The position numbers and the translations under genes were made by a program. A model generated the notes under the pieces. The model saw only the letters and a list, made by a program, of their open reading frames with translations, had not been told where the DNA came from and did no database searches. A DNA stretch of 32,930 bases from assembly GCA_900556705.1 (NCBI GenBank), contig USPT01000001.1, positions 1 through 32,930 of the forward strand, read 5' to 3'. Numbering within the stretch: position 1 is the first letter of the stretch; the number at the start of each line of letters is the position of its first letter. The stretch comes from an uncultured Collinsella sp. GTDB taxonomy: Bacteria; Actinomycetota; Coriobacteriia; Coriobacteriales; Coriobacteriaceae. This document shows, piece by piece, positions 26,620 to 32,930 of this stretch.

Positions 26620-27664
26620 CGTCATGAGAAGCCGGCTTTCCATGACATACGACGAATCGGGGCGCGCCGCGCGGTGTCGCGTCGTGACGGCGCTGCTCGC
26701 TGTTGCCCTCATCGTGCTCGTCGGGGCCAACCTGTGCATCGGGAGCGTGCTCGTGCCCGCAGACCACATCCCCGGTATCCTTTCGGGCGGCGCGGCCAAT
26801 TCCATGGAAAGCCAAGTCATCTGGGAGATTCGCCTGCCGCGTGTGCTTTCAGCCGTGCTTCTCGGCGGGGCGCTTTCTCTCTCCGGGTTCCTGCTGCAGA
26901 CGTTTTTCAACAACCCCATCGCCGACCCGTTCATCTTGGGCGTCTCCTCGGGCGCAAAGTTCGTCGTCGCGCTTACGATGATCGTGCTTCTGGGCGCGAA
27001 CCAGGCCATGTCCTCGCCGGCCATGGTGGCCGCAGCGTTTCTGGGATCGCTTATCACCATCGGCTTCGTGCTCCTCATCGCACAGCGCATAAGTTCCATG
27101 GCCATGCTCATCGTGGCGGGCGTCATGGTGGGATACATCTGCTCGGCGGCGACGAACTTTCTCATCGCCTTCGCCGACGACCAGTCCATCGTGAACCTGC
27201 ACAACTGGTCTTTGGGTAGCTTCTCAGGTTCGAGCTGGGACGACATCGCGGTCATCGCGGTCGTGGTGATCACCGTGAGCGCATGCGTATTCGCGATATC
27301 GAAGCCCCTTTCCGCCTTCCAGCTGGGAGAAGCCTACGCGAAAAGCGTCGGCGTGAACGTCGCACGCTTCCGCGTGGTGCTCGTCCTTCTAGCGAGCATG
27401 CTCTCCGCCTGCGTGACCGCGTTCGCTGGTCCGGTGTCGTTCGTAGGCATCGCGGTTCCGCATCTCGTGAAGTCGGCGCTGAAGTCGTCGAAGCCCATCC
27501 GCGTGATTCCTGCGTGCTTCTTGGGAGGCGCCATCTTCTGCGCGGGCTGCGATTTGATCGCGCGCACGCTGTTCTCCCCCGTCGAGCTTTCCATCAGCGC
27601 CGTCACCGCCATCTTCGGCGCGCCGGTGGTTATCGCACTCATGTTGAAGAAGCGGGTGAGGTAG
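26612..27664 (+). CDS. FecCD/BtuC-family ABC permease
   Basis: IRLPRV, LLQTFFNNPIADPFILGVSSGA, W.LGSF, LGEAYAKS.G, GPVSFVG.AVPHL, CDLIAR. Start is TTG 26612 or ATG 26624. Confidence 0.93.
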   Translation: MASVMRSRLSMTYDESGRAARCRVVTALLAVALIVLVGANLCIGSVLVPADHIPGILSGGAANSMESQVIWEIRLPRVLSAVLLGGALSLSGFLLQTFFNNPIADPFILGVSSGAKFVVALTMIVLLGANQAMSSPAMVAAAFLGSLITIGFVLLIAQRISSMAMLIVAGVMVGYICSAATNFLIAFADDQSIVNLHNWSLGSFSGSSWDDIAVIAVVVITVSACVFAISKPLSAFQLGEAYAKSVGVNVARFRVVLVLLASMLSACVTAFAGPVSFVGIAVPHLVKSALKSSKPIRVIPACFLGGAIFCAGCDLIARTLFSPVELSISAVTAIFGAPVVIALMLKKRVR

Positions 27665-28879
27665 ATGGGGGAATTCATGCCGCGGCCCAAAACGCTCAGA
27701 GGGGAGTCGAACCTCGAAACCCCGGTCGAAACGCAGGCTGACGGAGCGCCGCTTTTCCGCATAAGCGACCTGTCGGCGGGCTACGACAAGAAGGTCGTAG
27801 TCGAAGGCGTCGATCTGGAGGTTCGCGCGGGCGACGTCGTGGCGCTCATCGGGCCGAACGGCTCGGGCAAGTCGACCATCTTGAAAACCATCACACGCCA
27901 TCTGGCACCGCTTGCCGGCGCGGTCGAGCTCGACGGGCGAGAGATTTCCCGATGGAAGACGGCGGAGTTCGCAAGGAACCTTGCCGTTATGCTGACAGAT
28001 CGCCCCCGGACCGAGCTCCTCACCTGCCGCGATATCGTAGAGGCGGGAAGGCATCCCTACACCGGGCGAATGGGCACACTCTCGCCTGACGACTACAGTC
28101 GGGTCGACGAGGCCATGAAAACCGCACATGTGGAAGAGCTCGCCGAGCGCGACTTCATGCAGATAAGCGACGGGCAACACCAGCGCGTCATGCTCGCACG
28201 CGCCATCGCGCAGGATCCGCGTGTGCTCGTGCTCGACGAGCCCACATCGTATCTCGATATCCGCTACCAGATCGACCTGCTGCGAATACTTCGCCACCTT
28301 GCGAAATCGCGGAATGTGGCTGTCATCATGTCCATCCACGAACTCGAGCTCGCGCAGAAAAGCGCCGACAGGGTGATTTGCGTGAAGGACGGCCGGGTCT
28401 TCCGCGCCGGCGCACCCGAGGACATATTCACGCGCGAGACGATTGGCGAGCTCTACGGCCTTAAACATGGCACCTTCAACGAGCGCTTCGGCAGCGTGGA
28501 AATTGGGCGCCCACACGGCGATGCGCACACGTTCGTCATCGCCGGCGCAGGTACGGGGTCAGCTGTGTTTCGCCAGCTAATCCGGCAGGGCAAGGCGTTC
28601 TACGCGGGCGTTCTGCACGAAGGGGACATCGACTGCGAGCTTGCGCGCGACCTGGCGACGGAATGCGTGGCCGAGCGCGCCTTCGAGCCGATCGGGGATA
28701 AAACCATAGCCCGCGCCAAAGAGCTCCTCGTTCACTGCGCGCGTCTTATCGTGTGCCCCGCCGCCTTCGGCACCATAAACGCCCGCAACGCAGAGCTCGT
28801 CGAGTTCGCACGATCGCATGGTATCGAGGTCATGCGAGCGTGCGAAGGCGCATCGGAGGATTCCATTGGATACGCCTAG
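27665..28879 (+). CDS. FecE/BtuD-family ABC ATPase with a C-terminal extension
   Basis: GPNGSGKST, GRHPY, ISDGQHQR, VLDEPTSYLD, SIHEL. An extra ~125-aa C-terminal segment begins at FVIAGAGTG. Confidence 0.92.
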   Translation: MGEFMPRPKTLRGESNLETPVETQADGAPLFRISDLSAGYDKKVVVEGVDLEVRAGDVVALIGPNGSGKSTILKTITRHLAPLAGAVELDGREISRWKTAEFARNLAVMLTDRPRTELLTCRDIVEAGRHPYTGRMGTLSPDDYSRVDEAMKTAHVEELAERDFMQISDGQHQRVMLARAIAQDPRVLVLDEPTSYLDIRYQIDLLRILRHLAKSRNVAVIMSIHELELAQKSADRVICVKDGRVFRAGAPEDIFTRETIGELYGLKHGTFNERFGSVEIGRPHGDAHTFVIAGAGTGSAVFRQLIRQGKAFYAGVLHEGDIDCELARDLATECVAERAFEPIGDKTIARAKELLVHCARLIVCPAAFGTINARNAELVEFARSHGIEVMRACEGASEDSIGYA

Positions 28880-28913
28880 GCGCGGTCCAAGAAATCGTCC
28901 GCACCCCCTATCT

Positions 28914-28935
28914 GACCCTATTTCACCGCAACTTA
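28914..28935 (+). repeat. Solo right arm of the REP/MITE-like element; right direct repeat of the island
   Basis: GACCCTATTTCACCGCAACTTA; the 18-bp core is identical to 7086-7103. No local left arm is present. Confidence 0.85.
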
Positions 28936-29067
28936 GAGAGCGTAAGGTATAACGCTTCACCCCAAATCAAATTGATTCGTTGAATAGACACATTACAAAT
29001 CTTTAGACTTCGTTTAATCCACAAGTGGGTATTATCACACACAAGGCGCACGTGAAAGGATATACCC

Positions 29068-30501
29068 ATGTCGCTTACACAGTCAGCAGAGCGTGCAGCG
29101 CTCAACAAGCTCATCGATTATCTCGACGACAACCCGCAAGAAAACATCGACAAAATCATGGACCTCGTGAAAAAGCTGGTCCCCAATCGCGTATTTCCTG
29201 TACAGCGAGAGGCATTCACCAATGTCATCAAGAGCCGCGGCAATTGGTATGACCTGATTATGCGTGTGTTCAGCCTTAATCCCCAGATGCGAACCAAACT
29301 GCTTAAGACCCTCATTGTCGACGCCAACCTGCTTGCTTGGCCAGAGCAGGAAAAGAACCGCGAAAAGTACCAGTGCAACGTTCCGTGGGCCATCCTGCTC
29401 GATCCCACGAGCGCCTGCAACCTGCATTGCACGGGCTGCTGGGCCGCCGAGTACGGCTACAAGCAGAATCTCTCGTTCGAAGACATCGACTCTATCGTTA
29501 CGCAGGGCAAAGCTCTGGGTACCCACATCTACATCTACACTGGTGGCGAGCCATTGGTGCGCAAGCGGGACCTCATCCGAATTTGCGAGAAGCACCAGGA
29601 CTGCGCATTCCTGTGCTTTACCAACTCCACGCTGATCGACGAGGCCTTCTGCGACGATATGATTCGCGTAGGTAATTTTGTCCCTGCCATCAGCGCCGAG
29701 GGCAATGAGCACACCACCGACGCCCGTCGCGGCGAGGGTACCTACGCAAAGATCGAGCACGCCATGAAACTCCTGCGCGAGCGCGACTTGCCGTTTGGTA
29801 TCTCCACCTGTTGGACCAGCGCCAATGCCGATACGGTTGCTACCGAGGAGAACATGGACTGGATGATCGGCGAGGGAGCACTCTTCTGCTGGTACTTCCA
29901 CTTTATGCCGGTTGGCCGCAATGCAACCCCCGAGCTCATGCCCACGCCCGAGCAGCGCGAGCACATGTATCACTTTATCCGCGAGATGCGAGAGAAGAAG
30001 CCGCTGTTTACGCTCGACTTCCAAAACGACGGCGAGTTTGTAGGCGGATGTATCGCCGGCGGCCGCCGCTACCTGCACATCAACGCCGCCGGAGACGTGG
30101 AGCCGTGCGTGTTCATCCACTACTCAAACGCCAACATCCACGATGTGAGCTTACTCGACGCGCTGCGCTCTCCCCTCTTTATGAAGTACTACGAGAACAT
30201 GCCGTTTAACGACAACTACCTCAAACCATGCCCCATGCTCGAGAATCCAGACGTACTGCCCAAACTGGTCGCCGAGAGTGGCGCAATGAGCACCGACCTA
30301 ATCGAGAAGGAGTCACCCGAGCAGCTGCGCGAAAAGACCCAGGCTGCCGCCGAGGCATGGTCACCTGTCGCCGACCGCATCTGGAACGACTCCGACGATC
30401 CGCTATACGCCAAGCGTCACGAGGACAAGTCGCAGGGCATGGCCGATAGCGACATGCACAAGTTCGAAAAACAGGGCCGCATACTCAAAAACGGCGATTA
30501 A
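29068..30501 (+). CDS. Radical SAM protein with a SPASM/twitch-like C-terminal domain; function unknown
   Basis: CNLHCTGC (CxxxCxxC), YTGGEPL, FTN.TL, GGCIAGGRRYLHINAAGDVEPCVF, PCPMLENP. RBS GAAAGGA. Confidence 0.9.
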   Translation: MSLTQSAERAALNKLIDYLDDNPQENIDKIMDLVKKLVPNRVFPVQREAFTNVIKSRGNWYDLIMRVFSLNPQMRTKLLKTLIVDANLLAWPEQEKNREKYQCNVPWAILLDPTSACNLHCTGCWAAEYGYKQNLSFEDIDSIVTQGKALGTHIYIYTGGEPLVRKRDLIRICEKHQDCAFLCFTNSTLIDEAFCDDMIRVGNFVPAISAEGNEHTTDARRGEGTYAKIEHAMKLLRERDLPFGISTCWTSANADTVATEENMDWMIGEGALFCWYFHFMPVGRNATPELMPTPEQREHMYHFIREMREKKPLFTLDFQNDGEFVGGCIAGGRRYLHINAAGDVEPCVFIHYSNANIHDVSLLDALRSPLFMKYYENMPFNDNYLKPCPMLENPDVLPKLVAESGAMSTDLIEKESPEQLREKTQAAAEAWSPVADRIWNDSDDPLYAKRHEDKSQGMADSDMHKFEKQGRILKNGD

Positions 30502-30534
30502 TGCTGCCCTACACGACAAACGCTCAGAAATGAA

Positions 30535-30576
30535 GCGGAGCAGTCTCGAGGCTCATCTTCGAGGCTGCTCCGCCTT
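30535..30576 (+). terminator. Hairpin between convergent genes, probable terminator
   Basis: GCGGAGCAGTCTCGA (30535-30549) pairs with TCGAGGCTGCTCCGC (30559-30573). The U-tract is weak. Confidence 0.6.
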
Positions 30577-30596
30577 ACCATCAAAACAGTTTTACT

Positions 30597-30665
30597 AAGT
30601 TGCGGTGAAATAGGGACCAGAACGGCCTTCCAATAGCCAAAACGATCCCTATTCCACCGCAACTT
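30597..30665. repeat. Palindromic REP/MITE-like element, copy 2 (full)
   Basis: AAGTTGCGGTGAAATAGGGA (30597-30616) and TCCCTATTCCACCGCAACTT (30646-30665). Same arms and length as 7035-7103, with a different spacer. Confidence 0.85.
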
Positions 30666-30689
30666 CTTTAAGTTGTTGAATTATCAATG

Positions 30690-31301
30690 CTATTCCAAGC
30701 GAGATTCCAGACTCGACAGGCCATTAAGAGTCAGGTCGTTGGCGACCTCAGAGACGCGCTCGATAGGAACCGAGCCGTCAGACAGTGCCCACGTGCGATA
30801 GATACCGATAATACCCGATAGCAAAAACGCCAGGTAGTAATCGAACATCTCGTCCTTGAGACCTTGGGGCAGCAGATCGCGCTCGGCAATCTCGTGCTCG
30901 AGCGGCGCACGAAGACGAGCCATAAAATCATCGAGCGGAATGTTCTCGATCAGTTGACGATTGAGCACCAGGTTGTTGCACAGTGCCTCGTTAACAGTTT
31001 TAAAGAAGGTCGCCGCCGCGCCCAGGGCGCGCTCGTTGGTGTCGCCGTCCATGGAAGCAAGCGTTTTCTCGACCGAGTCGACAATCATCTCCACCACATC
31101 GACGGCAATGGCATCGAGCAGGCCGTCAACCGTACCAAAGTGAACGTAAAAGGTCTTGCGGTCGACATTGGCCTCGCGCGCGATGGCACTCACCGTAATG
31201 TCTGCCAGCGGCTTTTCCATGAGCAGGCGCTCGAAAGCGGAAAGGATGGCATTACGGCTGCGAATGATGCGACGATCAAGACGCGGTTTGCTGGTTGCCA
31301 T
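30690..31301 (-). CDS. TetR/AcrR-family transcriptional regulator
   Basis: DRRIIRSRNAILSAF.RLL, ITVSAIAREANVDRKTFYVHF helix-turn-helix. RBS GAAGGGA upstream of ATG 31301. Confidence 0.93.
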   Translation of the reverse strand: MATSKPRLDRRIIRSRNAILSAFERLLMEKPLADITVSAIAREANVDRKTFYVHFGTVDGLLDAIAVDVVEMIVDSVEKTLASMDGDTNERALGAAATFFKTVNEALCNNLVLNRQLIENIPLDDFMARLRAPLEHEIAERDLLPQGLKDEMFDYYLAFLLSGIIGIYRTWALSDGSVPIERVSEVANDLTLNGLSSLESRLE

Positions 31302-31417
31302 GGGCGTGTCCCTTCGATATGCGAGCATTCATCAACAGATGAGAGATAATCTACGTAAGAGGATTATCCCCCATACAGCACAAATATGCCCCGCATCATG
31401 AAGAACGCACGACTGTC

Positions 31418-32725
31418 CTACTGCGACTTAGGGTGCTTCTTCTTATTGAGTACCGACGGAGATACGCGAATACCGTCGCCTGTCTGGCGCACATAGGCTT
31501 TATGAGCCGGCTTAGCGGTCCCAAAAGCCTTCTGAGCCTGCTTCTTGGGATCAACGGTAACAGCATTCGTGGGGTGGGGCTTTGTGGGCGCAGAGGGCGT
31601 TTGAGGAGTGCGACCGAGCTTGCGCATCACGCGATCCCAGCGCGCATGGATGCTCTCGTTGTGGGCACTCTTAAGGCCCAGCAGGGGCGCAGCCAAAATG
31701 GTCGGCGCAATAAACGTAATGAGGCGCCACAGCAGATAGCCGGCGGTCGAAGCCGACCCAAAGAAATGACCCAAGAACAATGCAAAGCCGCCCTCAGCTC
31801 CACCAGTTCCACCAGGCAGGGGAACCGCAGAGCTCAGCAGCTGGACAAAGGCGCTCGCGGCCATGACCGAGAAAAAGTCGACCTCGTGATGGCCAAAGGC
31901 AAGCATCAGGAAATACGGAACCAGATAGAAAAACGCGAGCTGGAGCATGGTGATAAACACGGTGAGCAGCATGGAAGAAAAATGTCCGGCCGAAAGCTTG
32001 AACTTCTCGGAGAAGGAGTAGATCTCGCCATCGACAAACGTGCGCCATCCCTCGATCTTAGTGGCCGAGACACCAATGCGCTCAAGCCAATTGATGATGC
32101 AATGGGCGACGCGCGTGACGGTCTTAGGCATGAGCGCGACGGCGAAGATGCCCAGCAAGATGCAGCAGTGCCCACCAAAGCTAAAGACACACAGCAGCGT
32201 CATGTCGCCATAGCGCTCGGCAAAAAACGGCATGCGAGCAAGCAGTAGGATAGCGCCCCAGGCAACGAGGCCAAACTGATACACGATAAAGCGCGTGAAC
32301 TGCGTGGCGCCAGCCTCGCCGACATTTTGGCCCGCCTTGGTCAGGCGGTAGATCTGGGCGGGAGTCGAGCCCATCATCATGGGCGTCAGGTTGCCAAAGA
32401 AAATGCCGCTCGCTTCGACCGAAATCAGGTCGCGGATGCCGACGGGTGAATATGGGTCGAGCCAGACGGCGATCGCATAGGCCACAATGCCAAAGAACAG
32501 ATACATGAACATGCAAAGACACGCGACAACGAGCCATGGCGCCTGGACGCTCGACATTGCGGCCCAGAACTGCCCCATCTGCCCGGTTACCACCAGATAG
32601 ACGATATAACCCACCAGCACGACGCCGATAAAGATGGCGCCGCGGCGTGCGCTCTTATTGTCATCTCCGCCCGAGGCCTCAACCTCGACCTGGGGCTTAG
32701 ACGTATGCCGAGAGGACTCCGTCAT
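31418..32725 (-). CDS. Lysylphosphatidylglycerol synthase TM-domain (UPF0104, flippase-like) membrane protein
   Basis: Multiple TM segments; FFGNLTP...GS.PAQ.Y.L.K.G, PLPGGTGGAEG.F..F, LLWRLITF; basic C-terminal tail. RBS AGAAGGAG upstream of ATG 32725. Confidence 0.85.
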   Translation of the reverse strand: MTESSRHTSKPQVEVEASGGDDNKSARRGAIFIGVVLVGYIVYLVVTGQMGQFWAAMSSVQAPWLVVACLCMFMYLFFGIVAYAIAVWLDPYSPVGIRDLISVEASGIFFGNLTPMMMGSTPAQIYRLTKAGQNVGEAGATQFTRFIVYQFGLVAWGAILLLARMPFFAERYGDMTLLCVFSFGGHCCILLGIFAVALMPKTVTRVAHCIINWLERIGVSATKIEGWRTFVDGEIYSFSEKFKLSAGHFSSMLLTVFITMLQLAFFYLVPYFLMLAFGHHEVDFFSVMAASAFVQLLSSAVPLPGGTGGAEGGFALFLGHFFGSASTAGYLLWRLITFIAPTILAAPLLGLKSAHNESIHARWDRVMRKLGRTPQTPSAPTKPHPTNAVTVDPKKQAQKAFGTAKPAHKAYVRQTGDGIRVSPSVLNKKKHPKSQ

Positions 32726-32833
32726 GAGACTCCTTCTAACAGTCAAAATATCTTGGATATTGTACCCGTAAGGGCCATAGGCAGAACGCAAAGCTTTGGT
32801 TCAAACGGGAATTGCAGACGGTTGTTTGATAAC

Positions 32834-32865
32834 AAAAAACCCGGACTTCCATGGGAAGTCCGGGT
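32834..32865 (-). terminator. Intrinsic terminator of the tRNA gene
   Basis: ACCCGGACTTCC-atg-GGAAGTCCGGGT hairpin, followed by a T-run on the minus strand. Confidence 0.85.
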
Positions 32866-32875
32866 ATCAGATGCG

Positions 32876-32930
32876 TGGTAGCCCGTACCAGATTCGAACT
32901 GGTGATCTCCGCCTTGAGAGGGCGGCGTCC
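32876..32930 (-). tRNA. tRNA-Glu (anticodon CTC); 5' part lies beyond the window end
   Basis: Minus strand reads GGACG-CCGCC-CT-CTC-AA-GGCGG-AGATC-ACCAG-TTCGAAT-CTGGT-ACGGGCT-ACCA: anticodon arm, T-arm and an encoded CCA. Confidence 0.95.

Larger units (their letters stand above)
7082..28935. mobile_element. Putative horizontally acquired cobalamin island bounded by 22-bp direct repeats; no integrase inside
   Basis: GACACTATTTCACCGCAACTTA (7082-7103) and GACCCTATTTCACCGCAACTTA (28914-28935), 21/22 identical, bracket all of the cob and transport genes. The interior looks richer in GC and CGCG than the flanks (by eye, not computed). An IS21 fragment lies at the left edge. Confidence 0.65.

Noticed and set aside
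27665..28879. ATPase signature ISDGQHQR as an inactivating change
   Set aside because: SDGQ variants occur in this transporter subfamily, and the Walker A/B motifs and H-loop are intact.
28880..28913. Possible IS terminal inverted repeat at the island's right edge
   Set aside because: There is no matching inverted copy near the istA fragment and no recognisable IS end.
28975..29010. Possible TetR operator upstream of the radical SAM gene (TAGACA...TAGACT)
   Set aside because: I found no convincing palindrome shared with the tetR upstream region; the match is too short to support.
7035..30665. The AAGTTGCGGTGAA repeats as a CRISPR array
   Set aside because: The arms are inverted pairs dispersed over kilobases rather than regularly spaced direct repeats, and no cas genes are present.
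32876..32930. tRNA-Glu as the integration site of the island
   Set aside because: No duplicate of the tRNA 3' end and no integrase are seen, and ordinary genes separate it from the island by about 4 kb.

Overview
High-GC Gram-positive chromosomal segment, most consistent with a gut Coriobacteriia such as Collinsella (inferred from gene content, not proven). The left flank carries a fused L-serine dehydratase, an L,D-transpeptidase and a MacAB/YknXYZ-type ABC exporter. The right flank carries a radical SAM gene, a TetR regulator, an LPG-synthase-TM membrane protein and a partial tRNA-Glu(CTC). Between them lies a ~21.8-kb cobalamin island (about 7104-28913), bounded by a 22-bp near-perfect direct repeat (7082-7103 and 28914-28935). 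That repeat is one arm of a ~68-bp palindromic element with full copies at 7035-7103 and 30597-30665. A short, nonsense-mutated IS21 transposase fragment sits at the left edge; there is no integrase. The island has two divergent operons. The minus-strand one is a 17-gene anaerobic-type cbi/cob operon (cbiF-D-L'-G-H-ET-A, cobT-U-S, cobU-like/cobC fusion, cbiB, cobD, cbiP, cobO, cbiC, cbiJ) in which cbiL has a large in-frame internal deletion. The plus-strand one follows a cobalamin riboswitch and encodes a Tat-exported lipoprotein CbiK, two lipoproteins sharing an uncharacterised NEAT-like domain (one fused to a BtuF-type binding domain), and a BtuC/BtuD-type ABC transporter. The best novelty candidates are this surface corrinoid/cobalt capture module and the repeat-bounded, integrase-free insertion.
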